Assembly (NCBI RefSeq): GCF_000196355.1
Contig: NC_007614.1
Location: 1,770,001-1,802,000 of the forward strand
DNA from: Nitrosospira multiformis ATCC 25196
GTDB lineage: Bacteria; Pseudomonadota; Gammaproteobacteria; Burkholderiales; Nitrosomonadaceae
DNA: 32,000 nt
Reading direction: 5' to 3'
Part shown: in pieces, positions 1 to 8,737 of the stretch
How positions within the stretch are numbered: position 1 is the first letter of the stretch
Layout of the letters: every line of letters begins with the position of its first letter
The notes under the pieces: generated by a model
Seen by the model: the letters and a program-made list of their open reading frames with translations, nothing else
What the model was told of the DNA's origin: nothing
Database searches by the model: none
Made by a program: the position numbers and the translations under genes

Positions 1-1760
1 GCGGAATCATTGCGATCAGCAGGATTGAGAACCCGTGAACCCGCATTTCCGGCATTCCCCCCCGCTGCCAGCACAGGCCTGGCTCTCCATTCACGCCTTT
101 CCATTTCAGTCAATTCAGCAGACAGCGCAGCCAGCGCTTGCTCGTCGCTGAAATCAAGGCCTGCGGAATTCCTGCGCTTGTGGCCGTACAAATCGCCGGG
201 TAAGGGAATCGCCGGATGAGGATGCACCCCCTCCTGTTCGATCTGACTGACTGGATCCGCAACCAGCTCTTCTACAACGATATCATCGTCGAGAATGCGG
301 TTGACGAATGACGAATTTGCGCCATTCTCAAGCAGGCGGCGCGCGAGGTAAGCAAGCAGCGTCTCATAGCTGCCTACAGGCGCATAAATGCGGCACGGCT
401 TTACGAACCGGTCCTCTTTCAGAAGTTCGACCTGGTCATACAGCGTCTCGCCCATCCCGTGCAGGTACTGGAACTCGTAATCTTCGATATCCGCATCCTG
501 TGCTATTTGGTATACGGCTGACAATGTGTGTGCATTATGAGTGGCGAACTGGGGAAAGACCGCTTCCGCAGCGCGAAGAAGTTTCTGCGCGCAAACCATA
601 TAGCATATGTCGGTGTGAATCTTGCGCGTGTAAACGGGATAGCCATCCAGCCCCTCTACCTGTGCACGCTTGATTTCCCCATCCCAGTATGCGCCCTTCA
701 CAAGCCGAACCATGAGGCGATGACCGCTGCGCCGCGCAAGATCGATGAGCCAATCGACAACGAACGGGCATCGCTTCTGATAGGCCTGGACGACAAAGCC
801 GATGCCATCCCAACCCGCAAGATCCGGGTCGAACACGAGCGCTTCCAGGAGATCGAGCGAGAGATCGAGCCGATCGGCTTCCTCCGCATCCATGTTGAAG
901 CCCATGTCATAGTGCTTGGCAAGCAGCAGCAGTGATTTAAGACGTGGCAACAGCTCAGACATCACTCGCTCGCGCTGGGAGCGCACATAGCGGGGATGCA
1001 GTGCGGAAAGCTTTACTGAAATTCCTGGTCCCCTATAAATACCGCTCTTAATACCACCCTTGCCGCGCGACTTGCCGATAGCATGGATAGCCGAGGCGTA
1101 GGAAGTCCAGTAGCGCTGGGCGTCAGCCTCCGTTATTGCCGCTTCCCCCAGCATATCGTATGAATAACGATATCCCCGCATCTCGCGCTCACGGCTACGC
1201 TCCAGCGCTTCCTCGATGGTTTCGCCAATCACGAACTGGTGGCCCAGCATACGCATTGCCAGATCCATTCCTTTTCGAATCAGCGGCTCGCCCCCCTTTT
1301 CCATCAATCCGGATAATGCGGCTGACAGTCCATCTTCTCTGTGGGTCGAAACCAGCTTGCGAGAGATCAGAAGGCCCCAGGCCGCCGCATTTACGAAAAG
1401 CGAAGGGCTGTGTCCCACATGTACGCGCCAGTCACCCTTGCTGATCTTGTCCCGTATGAGACGATCTGCAGTCTCCCGATCCGGGATGCGCAGCAGCGCC
1501 TCGGCCAGGCACATCAGAGCTACACCCTCTTGACTCGACAGGGAAAATTCGTGCATCAAGGCATCCACGCCGCCCCTATGACTGTATTTGCCTCGCATCG
1601 AAGTCACCAGCTTACGGGCGAGTTCCTCAGCTCGGGCACGACTGCATGGCGGCCAATCGATCTGCCTCAACAAGCCATTCACGCTTTCAGTCTCATTGTG
1701 CCGATACGCGTGGGTAATTGCAGAGCGCAAGAAGCGAGGACAGGCGGCCGTTTTTCCCAC
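1..1760 (-). CDS. putA: Bifunctional proline dehydrogenase / L-glutamate gamma-semialdehyde dehydrogenase PutA, N-terminal part. The gene continues beyond position 1.
   Basis: I translated the minus strand by hand because the ORF track lacks this frame (there is no stop inside the window). The frame is open from a stop upstream of ~1790 down to position 1. It contains PRODH-type strings GISVKLSALHPRY, VRLVKGAYWD, FATHNAHT and YEFQYLHGMGE, then VLNPADRND at the start of the dehydrogenase half. There is no in-frame ATG. The likely start is GTG at 1760-1758, preceded by AAGGA with a 5-nt spacer. The plus-strand ORFs at 308-935 and 1136-2001 are shadows of this gene. Confidence 0.85.
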   Translation of the reverse strand, partial: MGKTAACPRFLRSAITHAYRHNETESVNGLLRQIDWPPCSRARAEELARKLVTSMRGKYSHRGGVDALMHEFSLSSQEGVALMCLAEALLRIPDRETADRLIRDKISKGDWRVHVGHSPSLFVNAAAWGLLISRKLVSTHREDGLSAALSGLMEKGGEPLIRKGMDLAMRMLGHQFVIGETIEEALERSREREMRGYRYSYDMLGEAAITEADAQRYWTSYASAIHAIGKSRGKGGIKSGIYRGPGISVKLSALHPRYVRSQRERVMSELLPRLKSLLLLAKHYDMGFNMDAEEADRLDLSLDLLEALVFDPDLAGWDGIGFVVQAYQKRCPFVVDWLIDLARRSGHRLMVRLVKGAYWDGEIKRAQVEGLDGYPVYTRKIHTDICYMVCAQKLLRAAEAVFPQFATHNAHTLSAVYQIAQDADIEDYEFQYLHGMGETLYDQVELLKEDRFVKPCRIYAPVGSYETLLAYLARRLLENGANSSFVNRILDDDIVVEELVADPVSQIEQEGVHPHPAIPLPGDLYGHKRRNSAGLDFSDEQALAALSAELTEMERREWRARPVLAAGGNAGNAGSRVLNPADRNDS

Positions 1761-2142
1761 GTTTTTCCTTATGAGCGAAGCGATGATTCCTGATGGGAAG
1801 CTGATTACGGCAAAAAGTTATAAAAGCAGTGCAGAACGTTCTAGATTTTCGAATCGCTTTTTAGAGCTCCTCGGAAATCCTCCCTTTTCTGCCCCTATGC
1901 TAGCGGAAGAAGGGCTTGAAAAGCATAGAACGCTTAATCCAAGCCTGTCTGTTCGGCCCCTCACATATCCCCGATTGCTGCGCAGACTGAAAACTCCGTG
2001 AGAACCCTTATCATGAGAAAAACTGGGGTCTATCCCCTATTCCTCAGCTTCGAAGAGTTATCCCTGATGTGATTCATGGTTTATAATCCGGGCATCTCTC
2101 CCAATATTGACTCAATACCTCATTCATAATCCCGCAAAAGCA

Positions 2143-2293
2143 GTAGAAACGCTTTCTGGAGTCGGCTTCGGATGTGGCCGGTTTCTACCGGATCTGAACA
2201 GATCCAATATCCGCGTTGTCTGGAGGAGGCTCCGATGTGGCTTGCAGTAACGTTTAAAACGGTCCGATGAGTCTCATGGCCGTTCTTCATTCT
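2143..2293 (+). promoter_or_regulatory. Structured 5' leader of the antiporter-ybdK unit. It contains three hairpins, the last resembling a terminator or attenuator.
   Basis: Hairpin 1 pairs gtagaaac (2143-2150) with gtttctac (2181-2188). Hairpin 2 is a perfect ggatct-gaac-agatcc at 2190-2205. Hairpin 3 pairs aacgg (2258-2262) with ccgtt (2280-2284) and has an inner atga/tcat stem. It is followed by the U-rich ttcttcattct and then the caggag RBS region. I do not recognise a riboswitch class here. Confidence 0.3.
2156..2242 (+). repeat. Imperfect ~23-nt direct repeat (2156-2179 and 2220-2242) in the leader upstream of the antiporter gene
   Basis: Copy A is ctggagtcggcttcggatgtggcc and copy B is ctggaggaggctccgatgtggct. 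They match at 19 of 24 aligned positions, and their starts are 64 nt apart. A third partial copy of the core (tccgatgag) lies at 2263-2271. Confidence 0.6.
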
Positions 2294-2316
2294 CAGGAGT
2301 ACTTGATCATAAACGC

Positions 2317-3525
2317 ATGACCTGGTCTGATTATCTTCCAGCTTGGCCACTTCAAATCAGTCCGGCGCTGTGGCTCGCGCTCACACTCGTTGTCGCCGTA
2401 CTTCTGGGCGAAGCAATGGTACGTCATCTGCGGCTCCCCCGGATAGTTGGCTATATCGGCATTGGCGTGGTATTGGGACCGGGTGGACTGGGATTTATCC
2501 CTCAACTCCCTGTGAATGAGTGGCGTCTGGTGGTTGATCTCGCACTTGGGATTCTCCTGTTCGAGTTGGGCAGCAAGGTCAATCTGCGGTGGCTGAAAGC
2601 CAACCCATGGCTTGCGGGCACCAGCCTTCTCGAAGCCATCACTACTTTTGCGGTTGTCTTCTCGGTGTTGGTATGGGTTGATGTTCCCAGCACTGCCGCC
2701 GCCATCGTAGCAACCATCGCAATCGCAACCTCGCCCGCTATCATAGTACGCACGGTAACGGAATCTCGCGCTCAAGGTCAGGTAACCGATCGGCTCTTGC
2801 TCATGACAGCGCTCAACACCATCTATGCAGTGATTTTCCATAAGCTGGCGGTTGCTGTCATGCACGGTCAGGCCGGCACGAGCTTCGTGCATACCATATT
2901 CGCTCCACTCTATCTCCTCGGCGGGTCCGCGTTGCTAGCATGGTTGTTCGGTATTACCTTCGAACGCATCCATCACCACTTGGGGCAGCACGAGGAAACT
3001 TTTTCCTTCATCCTGTTCGGCATGATCGCCTTTGCCACCATCATGGCCTCGACGCTCAGGCTCAGCCCGATCCTTGTCCTGCTTGCCGCCGGACTGATCA
3101 CCCGCTACCAGCGCAAACACACCCGCACGTTCCCACCGCACTTCGGCTCCGCGGGCGCCGTTCTGGTGGTATTGATGTTTATCGCGAATGGTCTTGCAGC
3201 TGATCTCAGAGGCTTGCGGGATGGCTTCTTACTGGTTCTACTGCTTATCGCCGTACGAATCATGGCCAAACTGCTGGCCGTGCTGCCACTGGCAACCCAT
3301 AGCGGCATTGGCTGGCGGCAGGCGGTCTCCCTCGGTATTGCACTGGTCCCCATGTCAAGCGTGGCGCTTCTGCTGACAATGGATACTGCAATCGATTTTC
3401 CCGAATTCGCCTTCGGCCTTGGAATGGTGCTGATGAGCTGGATCGTCATACTTGAATTGATCGGACCTGTTCTGGTGCAAGTTGCCCTGCGAAGAGCCGG
3501 AGAAACACCGGAAAAAAAAACATGA
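2317..3525 (+). CDS. Cation:proton antiporter (Na+/H+ exchanger family, Kef-like membrane domain without a C-terminal KTN domain)
   Basis: The 402-aa ORF is hydrophobic throughout. Its N-terminus, LTLVVAVLLGEAMVRHLRLPRIVGYIGIGVVLGPGGLGF, is typical of CPA-family exchangers. The stop overlaps the next gene's start (ATGA). Confidence 0.85.
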   Translation: MTWSDYLPAWPLQISPALWLALTLVVAVLLGEAMVRHLRLPRIVGYIGIGVVLGPGGLGFIPQLPVNEWRLVVDLALGILLFELGSKVNLRWLKANPWLAGTSLLEAITTFAVVFSVLVWVDVPSTAAAIVATIAIATSPAIIVRTVTESRAQGQVTDRLLLMTALNTIYAVIFHKLAVAVMHGQAGTSFVHTIFAPLYLLGGSALLAWLFGITFERIHHHLGQHEETFSFILFGMIAFATIMASTLRLSPILVLLAAGLITRYQRKHTRTFPPHFGSAGAVLVVLMFIANGLAADLRGLRDGFLLVLLLIAVRIMAKLLAVLPLATHSGIGWRQAVSLGIALVPMSSVALLLTMDTAIDFPEFAFGLGMVLMSWIVILELIGPVLVQVALRRAGETPEKKT

Positions 3526-4637
3526 GCCTGATGCCCTTCGCGCCCTCCCGTCCCCTGAGCATAGGAGTGGAGCTTGAACTGCAATTGCTCGGATGCAACG
3601 ATTACAACCTCGCCCCTTCTGCACCCGAGATTTTGCGTCGCGTAGCAAAGCGCACTCATCCCGGGGAAATCAAACCGGAGATGACGCGCAGTATGATAGA
3701 GATCAACACCTCGGTGCAGCAGGAGTATGCCGGACTGGTGACGGAACTCCGTGCCCTGCGGGACGTTGTTTCCGAGGCCGGATGTTTTCTCAACGTAGCT
3801 GTTGCAGGCGGAGGCACCCACCCGTTCCAGCATTGGAGCGAGCAGAAGATTTTCGATGCGCCGCGCTTTCATTACCTCTCGGAGCTGTACGGCTACCTCG
3901 CAAAACAATTCACGATATTCGGACAGCACGTGCACATCGGCTGTCCCGGGCCGGACGAAGCGCTCCATCTGACGCACATGCTCTCGCGCTACATTCCGCA
4001 TTTTATTGCTCTGTCGGCCAGTTCGCCGTTTGTGCAGGGGCATGATACCGGCTTTGCCTCTGCCCGATTGAACTCCGTTTTTTCCTTCCCATTAAGTGGG
4101 CGAGCTCCCTTCGTATTGCGCTGGAACGATTTCGAAAAATTTTTCGCCAAGATGACGGGAACTGGAGTGGTCGAATCCATGAAAGATTTTTACTGGGATA
4201 TAAGGCCAAAGCCCGAGTTCGGTACCATCGAGGTGAGGGTATGCGACACGCCCCTTACAGTCGAGATTGCAGCCTCCATTGCCTGCTATATTCAGGCAAT
4301 GTCCAGATACATCATGGTGGAGCAGCGTATGGCGCCCGAAGAGGATGACTATCTGGTGTATACGTTCAACCGCTTCCAGGCATGCCGCTTTGGCCTGGAA
4401 GGTGTCTTTATCGATCCTCGTACCCATCAGCAACGTAGTATCCGGGAAGATATAATGGAGATGCTTGAACACATTTCCGACCATGCAAGAGAACTGCACG
4501 CGGTGGAAGCGATGGAACGAATCCGCGAGATACTCATCGTCGGTAACGGCACAAGTTGGCAGCGCAGGGCTTATGCAAGCGAGCACAACCTTGCCGACGT
4601 CATGCAGTTGCAAGCCGAATTATGGATGGGAAACTGA
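3522..4637 (+). CDS. ybdK: YbdK-type carboxylate-amine ligase (glutamate-cysteine ligase family 2)
   Basis: The 371-aa ORF has the GCS2 hallmarks LSIGVELELQLL near the N-terminus, GGGTHPF, FGQHVHIG, YWDIRPKPEFGTIEVRVCD and the C-terminal GNGTSWQR. Confidence 0.9.
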   Translation: MSLMPFAPSRPLSIGVELELQLLGCNDYNLAPSAPEILRRVAKRTHPGEIKPEMTRSMIEINTSVQQEYAGLVTELRALRDVVSEAGCFLNVAVAGGGTHPFQHWSEQKIFDAPRFHYLSELYGYLAKQFTIFGQHVHIGCPGPDEALHLTHMLSRYIPHFIALSASSPFVQGHDTGFASARLNSVFSFPLSGRAPFVLRWNDFEKFFAKMTGTGVVESMKDFYWDIRPKPEFGTIEVRVCDTPLTVEIAASIACYIQAMSRYIMVEQRMAPEEDDYLVYTFNRFQACRFGLEGVFIDPRTHQQRSIREDIMEMLEHISDHARELHAVEAMERIREILIVGNGTSWQRRAYASEHNLADVMQLQAELWMGN

Positions 4638-4842
4638 TTCCCGTGAGGAATGTCTAAATTGTCGGTTAGATATGGATCGCTGAGAAAAACCAGCGGAACA
4701 AAGTAGCGCAACGTCGGCTCGATTGCCCCCGGGCAAAGGAGGACGCAAAGTTATCCAGGTATCTTATATGTAACGAAGAACACCGCGGAAATTCCAAAAT
4801 CTAATTACATTTATATTTCTGAGGACTCATTCGTTACCTGAG

Positions 4843-5619
4843 ATGCCCCGCCCGTTGCGTATCGGCCTGTCACCCCGTATCCTGCATCAACCGCCCCTTG
4901 AATTGGGTTTTCGCAATAAAACCCTGCAATACCTTGAACAGACCGTCGCCCACTGGATCATGCGCCGGCGAGCGCTGGCATTCATGTTGCCAGCAATAGA
5001 AACCGGTGGCGTCGAGCGTTCTCATGTGCGCATCAGCGACTATGTCCGGGAAATTGACGGCCTGGTGCTGCAAGGTGGCGCGGACGTATCTCCCGTTTCC
5101 TACGGTGAAACACCTCAGCGGCCGGAGTGGTCCGGCGACCGGGTGCGTGATCTTTACGAAATGGAGCTTTTCTGGGAGTGCGTGGTACAAAGAAAACCCG
5201 TGTTGGGTATCTGCCGCGGGCTCCAGCTCATCAATGTAGCATTGGGTGGAAGCCTGTACCAGGATATCGCGACGGATCGCCCGGAATGCATCATACACGT
5301 GGATGCAGTGTTGTATGACCAGCATCGGCATGCGTTGCTGATTGAAGAAAATTCCCGGTTGGCAAATCTCTACGGCAACCGCTACCAGCATCTTGTCAAC
5401 AGCATACATCACCAGGCAATCAAGGAACTGGGACGGGACTCCATGGTCGAGGCAGTTTCCGAGTCCGACGGCATCATCGAAGCAATACGCATGCAGGGAG
5501 ACAGCTATGTGACGGGATTCCAGTGGCATCCCGAATTTCATGGCCCTGCCACAGACCTGCTCGATTCCGGTCCCATACTGGATGATTTTCTTGCTGCAGC
5601 CGAAAAGCAGCGCGAATAA
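4843..5619 (+). CDS. Gamma-glutamyl-gamma-aminobutyrate hydrolase family protein (peptidase C26, class I glutamine amidotransferase fold)
   Basis: The 258-aa ORF has the nucleophile-elbow motif VLGICRGLQLINVALGGSLYQDI, plus SIHHQAI and FQWHPE, matching PuuD-like C26 enzymes. Confidence 0.85.
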   Translation: MPRPLRIGLSPRILHQPPLELGFRNKTLQYLEQTVAHWIMRRRALAFMLPAIETGGVERSHVRISDYVREIDGLVLQGGADVSPVSYGETPQRPEWSGDRVRDLYEMELFWECVVQRKPVLGICRGLQLINVALGGSLYQDIATDRPECIIHVDAVLYDQHRHALLIEENSRLANLYGNRYQHLVNSIHHQAIKELGRDSMVEAVSESDGIIEAIRMQGDSYVTGFQWHPEFHGPATDLLDSGPILDDFLAAAEKQRE

Positions 5620-5739
5620 GAAGTGGCAATTCCCTCCTGTCGCTGTTCGTCCTGAATCTGCCGAAGGAAGGCGAAATGGGGGGCGATGCTGCGGCCGGCT
5701 TATATTTACCGGTGCTCCACCTCCCGTCTCATCGCAAGC

Positions 5740-7173
5740 TTATATCGCCGCCGCGGTTTGGGGCGGCCCCGCCTGCTCCACAATAAACGCCTTGACCGCC
5801 CCTGCGTCAGCATCCATGACTACATAGCGCTGTGCTTTTTCTTCAATATTCTCATATCCTGCGGGACGCTCAGGCTCATGTCCGATCGCCTCGACAATGC
5901 TTGCTGAGAATTTGACTGGCAATGCCGTTTCAAGACAGATCAGCGGCACGCTGGCGTCACGATGTTCCAATCCCGCTTTCACGCCGTCAGCTGTATGCGG
6001 GTCTATCACCAAGCCATATCGGTCATGCACCCGGCGGATGGTGGCGATTCGGTCTGCATGACTGCTGGTCCCTGATACAAGGCCAAAGTCTTCGATTCTC
6101 TCCCACAGGGGCGTATCGGCGAGATCAAAGGCTCCGCCCTCATCTACTGCCTGCCATAATTCCTTCACTTTGGCGGCATCTCTTCCGGTTAAGTCGAAAA
6201 TGAAGCGCTCGAAGTTCGAGGCCTTGGAAATATCCATCGAGGGACTACTGGTCTGGACGGTCTCGGCGGTCGTGCGCGGGCGATAATGTCCCGTCCGGAA
6301 AAATTCATCCAGCACATCATTTTCATTGGTGGCAAGTATCAGCTTTTTGATAGGCAGGCCCATCATGCGCGCCACGTGCCCTGCGCAAATGTTGCCGAAA
6401 TTTCCCGATGGCACCGCGAAAGATACCTGCTCTGTATTCGAGCGGGTGGCAGCAAAATAACCTTTGAAGTAATAAACGGTCTGCGCCGCAATGCGTGCCC
6501 AGTTTATGGAATTAACCGTACCAATGCGGTATTTCTGCTTGAAGGCATAATCATTGCTGACAGCCTTGATAATGTCCTGGCAATCGTCGAACACGCCGCG
6601 AATGGCGATATTGAAAATATTCGGATCATGCAGGGAAAACATTTGAGCTGTCTGGAACGGGCTCATTTTTCCATGCGGCGAAAGCATGAACACACGAATG
6701 CCGCGCTTGCCCCGCATGGCATACTCTGCGCTCGGCCCGGTATCGCCGGAAGTTGCACCGAGGATATTCAGCTGCTCGCCATTCTTGTCCAACGCGTACT
6801 CGAACAGGTTGCCCAGCAATTGCAGGGCGATATCCTTGAAGGCCAGCGTCGGGCCATTCGACAAACCAAGTATGTGCAGCCCCGGTTCCAGGGTTTTAAG
6901 CGGCGTGATTTCATCGTTTTGAAACGACTGGGCAGTATAGGTTCGCCCGATGATTGCGCGCAAGTCCGCAGCAGGAATGTCATCCGCAAAACCGGAAAGG
7001 ATCTCGAACGCAAGTTCCGGGTAATCCATGTCCCGCAGTTCCTGCAATTTTGCGTCATCGAACCTGGGATAGGTTTCCGGCAGCGTCAGCCCGCCATCCG
7101 GAGCAAGGCCGCCGAGAAGAATCCTGGAGAACTTTTTAGGCGGCATGCCGCCACGAGTGGAAATGTAGAGCAT
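5740..7173 (-). CDS. thrC: Threonine synthase
   Basis: The 477-aa ORF starts MLYISTRGG. It contains LSNGPTLAFKDIALQ (PLP lysine context), GATSGDTG and AVPSGNFGN, as in long-form ThrC. It lies directly downstream of hom. Confidence 0.95.
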   Translation of the reverse strand: MLYISTRGGMPPKKFSRILLGGLAPDGGLTLPETYPRFDDAKLQELRDMDYPELAFEILSGFADDIPAADLRAIIGRTYTAQSFQNDEITPLKTLEPGLHILGLSNGPTLAFKDIALQLLGNLFEYALDKNGEQLNILGATSGDTGPSAEYAMRGKRGIRVFMLSPHGKMSPFQTAQMFSLHDPNIFNIAIRGVFDDCQDIIKAVSNDYAFKQKYRIGTVNSINWARIAAQTVYYFKGYFAATRSNTEQVSFAVPSGNFGNICAGHVARMMGLPIKKLILATNENDVLDEFFRTGHYRPRTTAETVQTSSPSMDISKASNFERFIFDLTGRDAAKVKELWQAVDEGGAFDLADTPLWERIEDFGLVSGTSSHADRIATIRRVHDRYGLVIDPHTADGVKAGLEHRDASVPLICLETALPVKFSASIVEAIGHEPERPAGYENIEEKAQRYVVMDADAGAVKAFIVEQAGPPQTAAAI

Positions 7174-7318
7174 TATCCTAAATCCTACAAACTCGCAAAA
7201 AGATAAAAGTGAAGCAATTCATCCCGCTATCCGCCATATTGCTGATGAGTTTGCCCTGAAAATGTCAGCGATCTTACCCCGGACACTAGCGGGGGTTGAC
7301 CATAACCGGTAATGTCAA

Positions 7319-8677
7319 TTATTTGCTGCCCAGATGCTCCAGCCGGATGCGGGTCACCTTGCCGGTCGTTATGGGCAATCGCTTTATTCGGGCGATCGCA
7401 TCGTTAACGTTTCTTTCCACCGCCAAATGCGTGAGCATAATGATATCCACCTGGTCTTCGCCTTCGCTTGGCTCTTTCTGCATCATGGCTTCGATGGAAA
7501 TGCCGAGGTCCGCAAGCACCCGCGTGATATCGGCCAGGGCCCCAGGTTTGTCCATGACCCGCAGCCGCAGGTAATAAGACGTTTCCACCTCGTCCATCGT
7601 GAGGATCGGCGTATCCGACAGGCGGCCTGGCTGGAAGGCGAGATGAGGAACGCGGTGCTTGGGATCGGCTGTGTGCATGCGAGTTACATCCACCAGGTCT
7701 GCCACGACTGAACTCCCTGTAGGTTCGGCACCCGCTCCCGGACCATAATAGAGGGTAGAGCCTACCGCATCGCCTCTCACCACGATGGCATTCATCACCC
7801 CCTCGACATTGGCGATCAGTCTTCGAGCAGGGATGAGTGTCGGATGCACACGCAACTCGATTCCTCCGGACGTACGTTTCGTAATGCCCAACAGCTTGAT
7901 GCGATAACCCAGTTCCTCCGCATAACGAATATCCTCGCGGGTCAATTTGGTTATACCCTCGGTATATACCTTGTCAAACTGCATTGGAATGCCAAAGGCG
8001 ATCGAGGCCATGATCGTGAGTTTATGCGCCGCATCGATGCCCTCGATGTCAAAAGTGGGATCGGCTTCGGCATAACCCAGTTTTTGCGCCTGCTTCAATA
8101 CGGTTTCGAACGTCAACCCCTTATCCCGCATTTCCGAGAGAATGAAGTTGCTCGTGCCATTGATGATGCCGGCTATCCACTCGATGCGGTTGGCAGTCAA
8201 TCCCTCACGCAGAGCCTTGATTATAGGAATGCCTCCCGCCACCGCCGCTTCGAACGCCACCATTACGCCTTTCTTCTGCGCCGCGGCGAAGATTTCGGTC
8301 CCATGTGAAGCAAGCAATGCCTTGTTGGCGGTAATGACATGCTTGCCATTCTCGATAGCCTTCAGTATCAGGTCCCTGGCCGCGGTGTAGCCGCCGATCA
8401 GTTCGACCACGATATCGATATCGGGATTCATCACCACCTCATTCGCATCGCGTGTGACGATGACCTCATCGTCGCCTGCGATCTGACGGGCCTTCTCTTC
8501 CTCTCGATCAGCAATCATGCGAACGACGATACTGCGGCCGGCGCGGCGGGTGATCTCTTCCTGATTGCGTTTGAGCACGGCGAACGTGCCGCTGCCGACC
8601 GTGCCTGCCCCCAACAGGCCCACATGGATAGGTTTCATATCTTCGGTAATGATGAATTTTTCGGACATATTTGCCAT
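7319..8677 (-). CDS. hom: Homoserine dehydrogenase
   Basis: The ORF contains VGLLGAGTVGSGT (NAD-binding), a central catalytic region and a C-terminal ACT-like segment (YYLRLRVMDKPGALADITRVLADLGISI). The longest ORF is 452 aa. The internal ATG at 8638 gives MKPIHVGLLG, which looks more like a typical Hom N-terminus, so the true start may be 8638. Confidence 0.93.
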   Translation of the reverse strand: MANMSEKFIITEDMKPIHVGLLGAGTVGSGTFAVLKRNQEEITRRAGRSIVVRMIADREEEKARQIAGDDEVIVTRDANEVVMNPDIDIVVELIGGYTAARDLILKAIENGKHVITANKALLASHGTEIFAAAQKKGVMVAFEAAVAGGIPIIKALREGLTANRIEWIAGIINGTSNFILSEMRDKGLTFETVLKQAQKLGYAEADPTFDIEGIDAAHKLTIMASIAFGIPMQFDKVYTEGITKLTREDIRYAEELGYRIKLLGITKRTSGGIELRVHPTLIPARRLIANVEGVMNAIVVRGDAVGSTLYYGPGAGAEPTGSSVVADLVDVTRMHTADPKHRVPHLAFQPGRLSDTPILTMDEVETSYYLRLRVMDKPGALADITRVLADLGISIEAMMQKEPSEGEDQVDIIMLTHLAVERNVNDAIARIKRLPITTGKVTRIRLEHLGSK

Positions 8678-8737
8678 ATTTGCTGAAAGGGATTTTGTTC
8701 GTACGCGGCGTTGTCGTTTACAGAAGTCGAGTTCGCC

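Noticed and set aside
308-2001. A stack of overlapping plus-strand ORFs (308-673, 528-935, 1136-1444, 1216-1533, 1341-1793, 1588-2001)
   Set aside because: The minus strand here encodes a continuous PutA reading frame with classic PRODH motifs. The plus-strand ORFs are artefacts, and the true gene is missing from the track only because it has no stop inside the window.
3105-4043. A 312-aa minus-strand ORF spanning the antiporter/ybdK junction
   Set aside because: It is antisense to two well-supported genes. The translation is Arg/Ser-rich and motif-free, and no RBS is present.
4735-4842. A strong AAGGAGG at about 4738-4744 and an AT-rich promoter-like stretch upstream of the C26 gene
   Set aside because: No start codon lies at a usable distance from the AAGGAGG. 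The best -35/-10 pair (TTCCAA/TATATT) has only a 14-nt spacer.
6286-7206. A 306-aa plus-strand ORF, with similar cases at 4870-5541 (-), 22842-23564 (-), 24236-24943 (-) and 19927-20529 (-)
   Set aside because: All are antisense shadows of thrC, the C26 hydrolase, the EF-hand protein, fba and the LapD-like gene respectively. None carries recognisable motifs.
7274-7318. A hairpin (ttgacattaccggttatggtcaa on the minus strand) immediately after the hom stop
   Set aside because: It is a short imperfect stem with no U-tract. thrC follows on the same strand and is expected to be co-transcribed, so it is not a terminator. At most it is an mRNA-stability element.
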